NCBI RefSeq assembly: GCF_964204645.1
Contig: NC_134026.1
Coordinates: forward strand, 1,573,950 to 1,637,949
Source of the DNA: Tubulanus polymorphus
Taxonomy: Eukaryota > Animalia > Nemertea
DNA length: 64,000 nucleotides
Direction: 5' to 3'
Under the pieces are notes generated by a model. That model saw only the letters and a list, made by a program, of their open reading frames with translations, was not told the DNA's origin and did not search any database. Both the position numbers and the translations under genes were made by a program. This document shows, piece by piece, positions 1 through 28,830 of this stretch. How positions within the stretch are numbered: the stretch's first letter is position 1; every line of letters begins with the position of its first letter.

Positions 1-2895
<2,895 letters not shown>

Positions 2896-3706
2896 AGGAT
2901 TACTCAAAGTTGTATATGCCAAGATCTTCAGGGAAATAAACGTATTTTGTACATAGACAAGTCTCTCTTTTATGAATTGTAATCAATTTGATCGAGGTCA
3001 ATAAGCTTTCATTTACATCTCATTTACACATCACAATGTCTTTACGGTACGACAAGCTGACACACAGGAAATTACCGTAGCTGCTGGTATTGAAGTTTGC
3101 GCTATAGGATCGCAAGAACAAAATTCATGATTCCAAACATAATCAAAATCCAAAAAGCGTACAAATGAATAGTTTTTAGTAAGTTTTATTCTATACAGAC
3201 GGATAGCATTTATCCAGTACATGTATGTACATAGATATCATAGCACAAAAGTTACAACAAATAGCCCAATACAATATGAAACCTACATTTCAATATGCGG
3301 TTCATCATACCAGTACAACTGGGGTTATAGATAAATATACATAATTTATTTATTAATAATATTGACTAAACATTTGTGATAGTTTCACTGGTAATATATT
3401 ATACAAGGCTCGGCCACATTTTCAAGGCATTTTGTCGAACAAAATCTTCCAAATCTTATCAAATAAGCTGTAACACAAAATTGTATCCGTATTTCTTACT
3501 ATGCCTTAATCGAAACTGTTGGAATATTTGACATTTAAAGCAACACCGTAATTGTGGATTCCTCAGATCGTTAAACAGCTTTTACAGAAAGGCAGCAAAT
3601 ATTCTGATAACAGATACTTCTATGGGTCATTCAGTTGTGTCACAGCAGAGGTTTATAAAACTACCGTATGAAATTATGAGTTGTCGACTAATGAAGTGAA
3701 GTTTAT

Positions 3707-6704
3707 TTACTGCGTCCTCAGTTGATAATCGCCGTTTTGCGTAATGTAACGAACCCACGGTAAAGCTTGATATCCGGTCTTCTCTATGATTTTCAGATAC
3801 CTTACCTAAGAAATAATAAGAAGCCAATAATACACAAGCCCTAGAGCAAAATGCAGTCCGTCTCATAGGTATTCCCTTTTAAGATTTAAGATTATCTTTA
3901 TTCTTGGGTGTGGAGAACCTTTGAACGACACAGCCCATTTAAACCTATCTCCTACTACCTGTCGCATTTAATCTGTGAACAATTCTTATGAATTCTTCTT
4001 TTGATGTGACATATCAACGAGACCTTTATGCGTGTTGTTAGAGAGGTATAAATCAGAGCTAACTAATGTATTACCTGGATCCCAGAAACGGTGAAATAAG
4101 GAATCTCAAATTTAACATGAATAGGTGGTTTTCCTTCAGAATCCTCTCCTTCAACGCTCGGTAAACCGAAATGTGCTCGCATCAAGTATTCTTTACCTCC
4201 CTACAATCAAACGCAGATAATTCATCAAACTGAATGCACACGACATCGCGGAAAGGATTGAAGCGTTTCACATGAGCTCTACTTACAGGGAATGATTTAA
4301 TAGTCCAGATAACATTGTTCGTTTCAGGTGAATATTTACAGCTACCGACTGTAGTTTTAAACTTCGGTGAATCGGCATCTTGCGGCACAGGAATGACTAT
4401 TTCTACATTATTAGCCGTCGACCTTCGTTTGAATTGACTTTTAGCCTTTGAAAAGCACAACGAGCATTACATTTAACTTCAAATATATAAAATCAATTTT
4501 CACATGTATGAAAAAACACTCACTTTGATCATGTATTCAACTCGACTATGTTGATGACGCTCTATAACGGATTCTACCCAGATCAGAGGTTTTACCTACG
4601 AACAAACAGATACGGTAAGTGTGAACGAGGATTATAGAACACTTGTATTTTATCAATCATCAACAAATTAGTTCAATACAACATACATGAGTGTTGAGTC
4701 GATAAGACATTAATTCGAATTCGCCATCAGGTGGAATGAACGATATCGTTCGATCGTTATCAAATCTTGACAATCGAACGCATTGATTGAACTTCACGTC
4801 TTCAAGTTCAACAGATTTACTCTTACCACCTAAACAAAGAGGTAAACGCAACGTGTAAGTAATAACAATCGGCACAAAGAATATTTCTTGATTTTCAGCT
4901 GACTTACGTCCAGTGCTTTCAAATAACACTTTATCGTTGAGACCGAGTCGAAGTTCAGGCATTCCGGAGAGATACACTCTCATTTTGATAGCACCAACAA
5001 TCTCACTACGAAGAACATTTCCATTCGCGCTGACCTAAAAAGAACCGTAACATAACTATTTGACTAAAGGATACTACATTCAATAGTGGTGGATGAGCTT
5101 AGATACTGGTATATAACAAGGTCTCTACAGATCAGTCATTCCTGGATGTACAGGGTCCCTACAGATCAGTCATTCCTGGATATACAGGGTCCCTTCAGAT
5201 CAGTCATTCCTGGATATACAGGGTCCCTACAGATCAGTCATTCCTGGATATAAGGAGTTTTAACGGAGAAAATTTAAAGTTACAAGGAAGTGTCTGCATC
5301 ACTTTCACATCCCGATTACTGTAGAGTCATAGGGACCCTGTTGTTAGATTGGTGCACGGTAGAATTTTGTTAGAACATCTGAATTTACACAGATGGTGCT
5401 ATTCCTAACTGAAAGTACTTACTAGTAGATTGACGGATTCTATAACATCAAGGAACACTTCATTCTTACGGTATTTGACTCCTTCTGAACGCCATGAAAC
5501 GGCATTCGTAACTGCCATCGGGGGCCGCGGTGCGACTTCCAGTTTATGTCCTTCTTGAGTAATGTATCTGAAATATGCAAATACGTTCATTTCTAAAAAA
5601 ATATCCAAAACTTTAAAATTTTGTAAGAGAAGACTCTCATTCACGAATACTTACTCTTGTAGAATCTTAGTATCGGTAGTTTGTGGATAACCGAAATCCA
5701 TTACTTCATCTAATAATTCATAGATTATAACGAAGTTATCTCTGATACTTTCCTCCTCGAGATCTTTGAAATATTCCACGAATACCTGAGAAAAAAAGGA
5801 CATGTTCCGAGAAATGCGATAGAAGAAAGTGAATCATTCAACTTAAAAATGGTAAGTACTTACAGAGGCTATCTTGTGTAAAAAGGAGAAAACAAGGGCA
5901 GCGTTAGCATTCTTCTTGGTTGTGGCAACCACTGCATTTTTAATCAAGGATCGTAAATACAAATAAATAATTTCTGAAGAGATTTACAGACCCATCAAAA
6001 TAACTTACACTTGGAAAAATAACGGTACAACTGAACAGATAAAAGGATACGGTATAAGTTATTATATTTGATGAAGATGAAGTTGATATTCCCGTGTTGT
6101 AAAATCGGACTGATGTTGCCTTCTTCTTCTTTATCCATTAAAAGTGGCATGAATTTATCGATGACCGTCATGTCGATGTCACCTCGATAGTTACGACAAA
6201 TCAGCACCTGAAACAGTTAACCATGATTAATAAACCTAACAATGTTCATTAAACCCGGGGTTCTTACAGATCAGATAAAAACCTTGATATATCCCTGACC
6301 CTTGACAATAAATCCCCCGATTATCTCAATGGGAGCTGTTTCCCTTTCTGAAGAGGTTCTACGTGCCACTCTTCAGCAAGAAACCAACATTTTTCAAGAA
6401 AAGCCAGATTATTCCCTGGTTTTCCCAGATCTCTAAACTGATTTCAGACTCACATAAGAAATTATACCAAAATAAATTAATCTAGACAATAATAAACAAC
6501 AAAGTTCAGTTGGCCATTAGTTCTTCACTAAGCCTTATCAATCGAGGCTTCATGGGCTGAACCAAGGTGGGCCCAGGAATAGTTCTCTAGCTAGTAGGCC
6601 CTCGTGTCCTGTATTGTGTAAAACCTAAAACGCTATAAGATTTTGATAATCAGTATTTTTACCTTGCCCTTAATGTCTAAGAAATAAACAGCTGATGCAG
6701 ACAT
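3707..6704 (-). CDS. AP1M1: AP-1 complex subunit mu-1; 11 coding exons (approx. 6704-6663, 6207-6051, 5931-5864, 5785-5655, 5567-5422, 5034-4908, 4829-4687, 4594-4524, 4446-4287, 4201-4075, 3805-3707)
   Basis: MSASAVYFLDIKGK|VLICRNYRGD ... EESIRDNFVIIYELLDEVMDFGYPQTTD ... AVTNAVSWRSEGVKYRKNEVFLDVIE ... LSGMPELRLGLNDK ... ISFIPPDGEFELMSYRL ... VRYLKIIEKTGYQALPWVRYITQNGDYQLRTQ*, near-identical to metazoan mu1-adaptin. Confidence 0.97.
5120..5252. repeat. 34-bp minisatellite, about 4 copies, in an AP1M1 intron
   Basis: Unit GGTCCCTACAGATCAGTCATTCCTGGATATACAG; CAGATCAG recurs at 5128, 5162, 5196 and 5230. Confidence 0.93.
5932..6050 (-). other. U12-type (minor spliceosome) GT-AG intron of AP1M1
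   Basis: Minus-strand 5' splice site GTATCCTTT, branch site TCCTTGAT about 11 nt before the terminal CAG, no polypyrimidine tract. Splicing restores NNLYL/VATTKKN. Confidence 0.88.
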
Positions 6705-7369
6705 GATTGAATATGTAGTCGATTCTCCCTATTCTAAATTCATTCACCTGTAAAAGATTCCATTAATAAATTATGAATTTTGAAGATAAATACAATTCAT
6801 TCACTTGAAATAATAGTAAGACATGAAAATTCATGCTACTGGGTACACATGTTTCATTTCAAAATTTGATATAGCGTTTATAAAGATAGGAACATGGGTG
6901 GTCTACTGGTAATTGATGAACGGGCAGATCTAGAAAATAGAGAACACTGAGGTATAACTGTCAGGGGCACATAGCATATCATCAAAAAAAAGTGGAAATC
7001 AATCGAAGTGGGTTGGGTTGAATGTGTTTATCATTTGTCACTCTGAACTGAGCAGTGAAGAGAAGTGGGTAGTCTACAACCTGTTAATCTACTGACAATG
7101 TTCTCATGTATGATGCCATTGCCAATGAAAAAAGGTAAGCAATTGATGGATAGTGATGGCGCCACCGAGAGGGGTGCGACATTCAGTAGAAAGACCGGTG
7201 GGCGACCAGCCGGTCAGACTCAGAGATTGACTGTCAGTTGTCACTGTCGCACTCCTCTCAGGTGTTTAGTCAGCATCAAATCTCAATAAAGCGCATTTTT
7301 TCAACAAAAAGATATCTAAATATGAAACTCGTGTATTCAATTATGAATTCGTGTGTATAATTAGTAAAC

Positions 7370-7900
7370 ATACCGGTTAAAATTAGAGATTTAATCAACA
7401 CAAATTTGCAAAAAGGTTATTCCACATTTCCAGCTTCCGGGTTCTGTCACTTCCGCTTACACTAGATGACGGACGGGGAATACTCGCTTGCCAGAGCTGG
7501 TCGTAATCTACTGTAATCTCTATACCAGAGTGAGCCAGAATAGACGCCAGATTCTTCTCCGCATTTTACCCGGTTAATCAATGAACCCTAATAATACCCC
7601 GAAACGAATTAAATAATCATTACAATTTACTGAAGTTAATGCATGATTTTAGAACATAAACAGGATTAATACAATTGCTTAATCAATAAAAAAATTTATT
7701 ATTTTCATTCTTACGGGATTCTATGCCCTAATACGAAAATACTACATAGATATTCTTTCAACGTTGAGTTTTACTTTTCTATTAGCCAAACGCGGAAGTA
7801 AAAAGTAAAGAAAATGAATGAAATATGGAAATTTTGTGTTTTCTAGTGCTGAAATAATCTTCTGAAGAAAATCAGGTGTCTTTGGTGAGCAAAAGGTAGT
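7370..7900. promoter_or_regulatory. Putative bidirectional promoter and non-coding first exons shared by AP1M1 (-) and RAB24 (+)
   Basis: Head-to-head genes. ETS-like CTTCCG/CGGAAG motifs at about 7434, 7450 and 7793. Candidate donors at about 7372 (minus, GTATGT) and about 7896 (plus, AAG|GTAGT). Confidence 0.5.
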
Positions 7901-8021
7901 CATCAAAAGTACGTGAATGATCTTATTTATTTCTGAAGAAAAACAAAAGTTTCCAAGAAGTTTGACAAAGACAAACGTTTCGAATTTTCCACAAAAAAAT
8001 CCTACTAATTAGTCTCTACTA

Positions 8022-8571
8022 ACTAATGTCTATTTATTAATTGATGAGACCTGTTTTTCTGGGATATTTTGCTTACTTTTTGGGGTACATACCTCATTTA
8101 TGTCTTAACAGAATGCCAAAAATCGCGGACAACAACTGAATATCCGATATATTTCCAGTTCTGTACCAATTAGATGGATTGGCAAAAAGACTCCTTAAGT
8201 CCAGTTGAATGAGAGAGAAAATCCTCCATTTTGTCAAATTTCTTGAATTTGAACATTGTTACCATGCCTACGCCACCCTGATTTAGTTGTTGAGACCCCA
8301 CAAGTAAAATAACTTCATTTCGTAGGCATGGTGACAATGTAAAAATTCAAGAAATTTGACAAAATGGAGGATTTTCTCTCTCATTCAACTGGACTTAAGG
8401 AGTCTTTTTGCCAATCCATCTAATTGGTACAGAACTGGAAATATATCGGATATTCAGTTGTTGTCCGCGATTTTTGGCATTCTGTTAAGACATAAATGAG
8501 GTATGTACCCCAAAAAGTAAGCAAAATATCCAAGAAAAACAGGTCTCATCAATTAATAAATAGACATTAGT
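8022..8571. mobile_element. Young foldback/MITE element: about 250-bp near-perfect inverted arms (8022-8272 and 8321-8571) around a 48-bp spacer
   Basis: Arms are reverse complements with only a handful of mismatches. A 3-bp direct repeat CTA flanks both sides (8019-8021, 8572-8574), consistent with a target-site duplication. Confidence 0.88.
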
Positions 8572-8579
8572 CTAATGCT

Positions 8580-8938
8580 AGTTAGTTACCTAATCGTTGG
8601 TGGTAAGCTTTTTATAATCGGATGGGCTTATACCTTATGTGGTTTGTGAAAATATCCGATTGTGAAACTAGACCACAGACAGGTTACTGACTAAATTAGT
8701 CTATCGCTAACTGAATATCGAGGTCGGTGAAAGAAACTAGATTTCTGGTACATCATACACTAAGGTTCTCGGTGAAATTTCCAGATGCTTATAATGGATT
8801 ATGCTGGCCTTCCAGCTTTTAGCCAGTAACCTGTCTGTGTGGTTTAGTTTCCCGACGGATATTTCCACAAACCTCAGTTGGTTGGTTTAAGCCCATCCAT
8901 TTATAAAAAGCTTACCACCAATGATTAGTTAACTACTA
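8580..8938. mobile_element. Second, older foldback element next to the first (imperfect arms approx. 8580-8695 and 8818-8938)
   Basis: TGGTGGTAAGCTTTTTATAA...GATGGGCTTA...ACAGACAGGTTACTG pairs with CAGTAACCTGTCTGT...TAAGCCCATC...TTATAAAAAGCTTACCACCA. Confidence 0.75.
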
Positions 8939-9064
8939 ATAAGGCATATAGCACATCTTTGTCACTTTTTTCATCCCACAGAATACCCACAAGTATGCCC
9001 TTGACCTTTGCCATTCGCAGATACACTATATTTGTTGATATTGTTTTCGACAGATTTCTCTAAG

Positions 9065-10740
9065 ATGAGTGGTGGAAAGATTGATATGAAAGTTGTCCTT
9101 CTCGGGAAGGAGTACGGAGGAAAAACAAGTCTCGTAGAGCGATATCTTCATGACAGATTTTGCGGTGACGTTCCGTATCAAAATGTTAGTATTGTATTCA
9201 CTCACCTCATTCTTATTATTAGAAATTATTGTGGAAAATTGAATTCTAATTCAGACATATAAGAAACCCACAATATCGACTAAAGAATTAGTTTCGCTGG
9301 CGTCTAGGATGGATTTATTTTATCCATCTTTAGAGATTTATCACGGAAAAATTTTTATAAAAGTTTAAAAAAAGCTTTTTATCATTGTGGGTTTCTAATA
9401 CAAGATTCCGATCCAATTCAGACAATTGGTGCTGCATTCGGTGCTAAGAAAATAATGGTCGATGGCAAAAATGTGACCATGGGGATTTGGGTAAGCAAAA
9501 AAAAGCCGTATGAAATTAACTTCTTTTTTAACTGAATTGAATCGATGAATGATATTTAATTGTTCGATGATGTTTTGTTGATAGGATACAGCTGGTAGCG
9601 AGCGTTATGAAGCTATGAGTAGGATATACTATAGAGGAGCGCGGGCAGCTGTCGTGTGTTATGATCTTACCGACGATACCAGTTTCGACCGAGCGAGATT
9701 CTGGGTAGAAGAATTAAAAAAGAATGAAGAGGTGAATTCACCAAGTTTTCAACAGTTGACCATTTTATATTCTATTTTCATATTTCAGACGAAACGTTCT
9801 GTTGTGGCGATGATACAATCTGAAATCTCCCTCACTGAGAATGAAAAATAAAGTCTGAATTGTTTCCTTGTGCTAATAGTTTATTATTCAATGTTTTGAC
9901 ATTATCCTAGTAATAATACTCTTCTTACGGATTGAGAATTTGAATAAAGTAACATTTATTTTTCATTCTTAGTATGGAATTTTATATGATATTTTACATC
10001 TAACATGTAACCTGATAAAATCAAAATGCATCAATTCACCCTGTAGGAACTGACCACTGTTATGTAGTTACTTCAAGCAAGATAAGATCAAATATTTTTG
10101 GTTATTTTTAGAATTGCCGGATATATCTATGTGGAACTAAAAAGGATTTGGTTGATGGAGTGAATAAGAAAAACCGAAAAGTAGATTATCACAATACAAC
10201 TGATTTTGCTGACGGTGAGTGAATAGAGCATCAAAAACATTTTGTCCGAGCAGAAATTTCAATTTCTGATTATCAAAACAAAGATAGTGATTTATCCATC
10301 TATATAAGATAATCTCTGCACTTCTCTTTATAAGGAAAAAGAGTTTGATTAATAAAATTCCTGATGTTTTGCTGTGCATTTTCTTTTTAGAAATCAATGC
10401 TTTGGTTTTTGAAACTTCAAGTAAAACATGCGAAAACGTCAGTAAGTGTAACCTATGATTTTAACTGAAAATTTCGTTCTCTATTGAATTTATAGTTTTG
10501 GTAAATTACAACTGTTTTATTTTTCAGGAGAGCTATTTTATCAAATTTGTAAAGATTTCATCGATGATTGTAAGAAATTACCCGAACAGCCATGTGAGTC
10601 TAGTTAAAACCGTTCTACTTATATCAAATGTCAATTCTTCAGGTTTTTTCATAGTTTTATTTCTCATATTTTCAGCTGATCCGACTAGATTTCAATTGAA
10701 TTCCTCGCCAAAGCACAAAACATGTCCATGCAACAGTTAG
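9065..10740 (+). CDS. RAB24: Ras-related protein Rab-24; 7 coding exons (approx. 9065-9184, 9422-9490, 9585-9731, 10112-10214, 10391-10441, 10528-10593, 10676-10740)
   Basis: [32 protein letters not shown]...YQN|TIGAAFGAK...GIW|[30 protein letters not shown]...|[13 protein letters not shown]...FETSSKT, ending KTCPCNS*. GKEYxGKT and DTAGSE (Ser in place of the catalytic Gln) are Rab24 hallmarks. Confidence 0.95.
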
Positions 10741-13562
10741 CTTCGATAGCAAATCATCGATTCGATGAAAATTGATAATTACTTTACTCGATTTTGTGAA
10801 CCGTATTTGTTCATTCAAATACGTTATTGTGAGCAAAAGCCAAAGCAGTTCAAACATTCTACTTCTGATCAAGAGTTTCGAATGATGCTGTAACATCATT
10901 GCTGTGATAAACTGATTTCGACTCTGATTCTGCTCGGGTCTGGTTGTTTATACATCACTGATATAGATTTCGGGATTCAAAATGATGATGTTACTAAATG
11001 TTTGATTGGAAAACGTGAATTGCGAGAGTGTCCTGACTAACAGTTTGGTATGAATGCGTGATTACGAGTACACCGGTACTTCTACAAACAGCGATGCTAT
11101 TTTGGCTTAGACTCTTCAGAAACAGAATTTCTTTTTTCAAATTGTAATTTGTAGGTTTTGTCGGGTGTGTCTGTTATATTTCTGTGTACATTATTTCATT
11201 TTTTTCGCATTTCGTTGTCGGACAGATAGTTCTTTTTTAATTTTCGAAACGCAGACCTCTGAAGTAATTAACGATGAAACTAGTCTTTCTTGAGGTTTGA
11301 TTTTATATGAAGATTGTTGAACATGTATGAACAATACATGTAGCACATGAATGTATATTTTGTAAATTTACTTCTAATTTTATAAAATTATTGGTGAAAC
11401 TGTTTCATGTATTGTATTAAAAATGTTTAAATGTGTGATGTTCACAGAACGTTCTGAGCAGTAAAAAATTATCCGTAAAACTGAAACTTACGACTTGTTT
11501 TCTGTTGTCGATTGGATGTTTTAATCTATTTTACAAAACCCGGTTTCAATCAAAAACTACAGAAATAGGTGATGAATTCTCCCTGATGCAAACACCTGGC
11601 AGCGTGGAAAATGTCGACCCAAGGAGTGCAAATACAGTCTTAAGTAAATTGAATTACAAATACCGTATCAAAGAAGGCTGCCTTCAAGGGCTATATACAG
11701 ACATCTCAAGTTGTCCCGATTGCATTTTGGGGTAGATGGCTATGTCTGGGCTGTAGATTCAGACTCCTCAGATGAGGAGCCACTCGGTTTCAGTTGTGTT
11801 AAATATAAGGACCCAAAAAATAGATGACATATGGGATGTGATGAGTTATCCAGGTGACATCACTGAGTTTCACCGACAAGTGGAATAAATAAAGGTTCCT
11901 CAGCTCTATAGATTTAACAAAAATATTTGAATACTTGATTGTTATTTTTATTTTAACCAGACAGTGAATTGTACAGAACTCGTACATTATTTCTACACAC
12001 AAATCTCCCATCTGTTTGGACCCACTAAAAACAATTAACAGTACAAAATAAACAAGCTTTAAAAAAACAAAAAAGCTAACAAAACACTCAAAATATCCAT
12101 CATAAATTGGTTATTACAATACTATTTATACAGGTAACAGTTAATATACCCTGTGCTATATACAGGATTGCATGATACATGCGCAATGAAATGCAGATAA
12201 TAGAGAAATGTTCTACACTTTTTGCACAGGAATTTATCTAACAAAGATAATAGACAATCTATCGTTTTCTATAATATTCATGTATCATATAAGTGTGTGT
12301 CAATGAAGAAAAAATACAGATTTAATTCAATCAAATCTAAAGAAGACTTAGATCACAGAAATTGAGAGCTGGTTTTGTTGGGAACGTAGATTTTGTTATA
12401 ACAAGTATTCAAACTGTTTTTTTTTTTATGTTACAACGATTAATTTTTTGCTTATAATTTACACGAAATATACCACACCTGTATCGAACACTAGGGCAGT
12501 TAGACAATAGCAGAAATCCACGAAAACTCTTACTACTAGACTTCAAAATGTATTGCTTTTTACTACTCGGACTTTTGATCAGAAACACAGATATGAATGC
12601 CCTAATATCCTACGAGGCAAAACGTTCTGTAACATAACATGAATCAATATAGTTTAGATATAGTGGTGTTTTATAACTGGTTTCTAATGCTAAGAACCTG
12701 TGCGTTTTAACCTAAACTTAATATACATGATCAAAAAAAGACAAAAAATAACTCATTCTGCATAGCAATACCATTCCTTATTTGATCAAATATCCATAAT
12801 GAAATGTATAATGAATTTCGTCAAAAACCACGTCAATGGAAGCAAATTGAAATAGTCATTGCCAGAAAATATTTTCAAAAGAAAACAGTTTGCTTCCATT
12901 ATATCCACCAATCATCAAACAATTTGTTACCGACCCCCACTGCACACAGACATAAGCTTAGGGGAACTTGACACAGGACATCGATCGGTTAAAGGGGAGC
13001 AAATCTCAAAATTTCCGTTAACGTACAATTCTTCGATATAAAATTTCACAGAACTTCAGGAGAATTATTTACAAAGGATCAGGTCGAAAGTGTAAAAAAT
13101 TGCATCCAGTTTTTTTAATGCTCCCTGAACAACAAGATCCAGGTGTGTTTTTGAATTATGAACCTGGTTAATAATGTTTACATCATTTACCACTTTTCAT
13201 GTTCAGTTGTGCGCCCTACACTCATGCATACTCAAGGAATGTATTTGTAATTAATATTCTGCGATTAACGAAATTCACATCACCGCCAAGGGAGATTCCA
13301 TTATCTCATAACCCCGAATAAGCCTTCAATTCCCAAGAATTAATCGTAAATTCAACATATCATATCAATAATCAATCAATATTAATAACAGTAATAAATC
13401 ATGTTACATAATTCTACAACTCATATCATCGAGAAATATAATACACACATATACATGTATTTTATAACATAGGCAAATAGATTTATATTCCATTCACAAT
13501 TCATTAAATATGATTACTATAATTTAAACGTATTTATATCATTATCATAAGATCACATAGCT

Positions 13563-13607
13563 TATATCTCTATATATATCTCTATATCTCTATATATATA
13601 TATATAT

Positions 13608-13676
<69 letters not shown>

Positions 13677-13681
13677 TATAT

Positions 13682-13722
<41 letters not shown>
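13563..13722. repeat. (TA)n microsatellite, probably within the long complexin 3' UTR
   Basis: Long TA run with occasional TC/GA interruptions. Confidence 0.95.
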
Positions 13723-13723
<1 letters not shown>

Positions 13724-15735
13724 TACCTTGATTAATAATAATACATTATAATCATTTACTAGATGTAAATAATTGATTTCTATTTATTCTCTTTTCGTGG
13801 CTGTATAATATACAGTAGAGAGATATTATGTTCATCAGCTCGGAGTTAAAAACTCCAAGATTTAAGATATGTACGAGTTCAAGTATTCCTGGAGGAGGTT
13901 TTTCCTATCTGCGAATACTGATTGATCGTCATCAGGAAAATGAATTATTTGAAACTCGATTCGCTAGAATAATGAACTATACTAATAACACCGACGAGAA
14001 GTCATCTCTCACTAAGTGAATAGTTGAGAAAATTTGTAACGTTGAAGAAGAAAATACTTCAATATGTATGCAGAATATGGCTCTTCGGAGAAAAGCAATT
14101 TACAATTTTCTTGCCTTTTAATACTTGAGAATATTAAAACAAACAAAAAAACGACCATTTAGTTTCTCTACCGAGAAGTCAAAAATCAATGATAGTGTAT
14201 TTTTGATAATACGTACTAACATCTGAATGCAGTTTCCTAAAACCAAATCTACCAATAGTAAGAATAGTAAGTTTTGCATTTGTAAAATGCTATCATTTGC
14301 TTCTTTTAAATCAATATATGAAGGCCTATATACTTTCTACTGGTGTCAGGTTCGGTAAGTTTCAACGTTTACAATGTTTTTGCGATCTGAATTTGTGCAA
14401 TCGATGAAGCATTTTTATTATTCGCATAATTTTGAATTGTTCCTCCTGGCGAAAGGCAGCACACTCATGATCATTATACGACACACTTGCCCAATAAAAC
14501 ACAATACTTGCATACATACAATCATTATCAATTTCAGAATCTAGTTATAAAACATACGTACATGTTATGCTAAAATAAGGCACTGTTTGTCATGTCATAT
14601 TCAAATTTATTCATCGATAAGTAGGAATTTAGGAAAAGGATACCAAACGCTTCCCTGTTACGGCCAAATATGGAGAGAATGTCCCACAAATCAAAAGATT
14701 AAGCTGAAGGTATATTTCTGTTCCACAAAACTCAATTTAAACTCTCCATCAAATTTGAAATTAAAAGGTTCAGGTTTAGAAACATTTAAGACTCGAATAT
14801 CCTTATTGAAATGATGGCCTTAAAGAGAAACATGATTAGCTGTTTAGTGGGCAAGGCTGCATGCAAGCTTTACTTATGAATGTATCCACAACACAGAATG
14901 AGAGCTCTGATTCACTGTGGATAAATCACATTGTATACCAGGAGAACACATTTAGATGTTGGTTTTACACATTTATTCAAGAGAATTTACTCGGAAAGCG
15001 GGAACCATGCACAATAATCGGAAATCAGATAGGGAAAAACTACTGAAGAAACAATTTGCATAATCTGTCTAGGCTCCTCTGGTTTTTAGTTCGCGATGGA
15101 AAATATTTCTATGTATAAATTAACAAACACCGGTGGGTAAATTTGGTTTCAAGTTCATTGAAAACAAGGTTCAACAATGAAATAATCTCACAATACATAA
15201 ACGCTCTATTAACACATTTTAACATGATTATATACCGTAAATCTAGCAAAAAATCGCAAAATTTCCACAATTGAATAGAAACTCTTGATCATTCGATTAC
15301 AGTAACAATTCTACTAAGATTTAGAACGGAAAAACTGTCAACATTTTCTAGATTATATTCATCTTGACAGATATGTGCACATAGATAACTTGATTAAGAT
15401 TGATGTTATGAAAACATGCTATCAAACTATATATATTTGAATTTCACTCATTTCGTGCCGGAGTTCTCTATTCGATTGTAAATATAAATGAATGATATAT
15501 GACTGTAATTTTTAAAAAGCGAAGTTGCAAACTTGCTGGGCGTTGGCAGGCATGCTGTTGTAGCGATTCTTATTCAAATGTATATATATTCAAGGTAAAT
15601 TCAAAACAGTACATAATTCCACGTATGAGAGAGAGAAAAAGACAGATAGATAGAGGAGCCCAGCACCAAGACCCACCATGCACTGGATGGGACAATGATG
15701 TATGGAATAGACACAGGCAGGTTCTAGGAAGAGCT

Positions 15736-28830
<13,095 letters not shown>

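Noticed and set aside
3031-3222. Minus-strand ORF downstream of AP1M1 as an alternative last exon
   Set aside because: AP1M1 already ends with its canonical GDYQLRTQ*; no convincing donor/acceptor pair. Probably 3' UTR.
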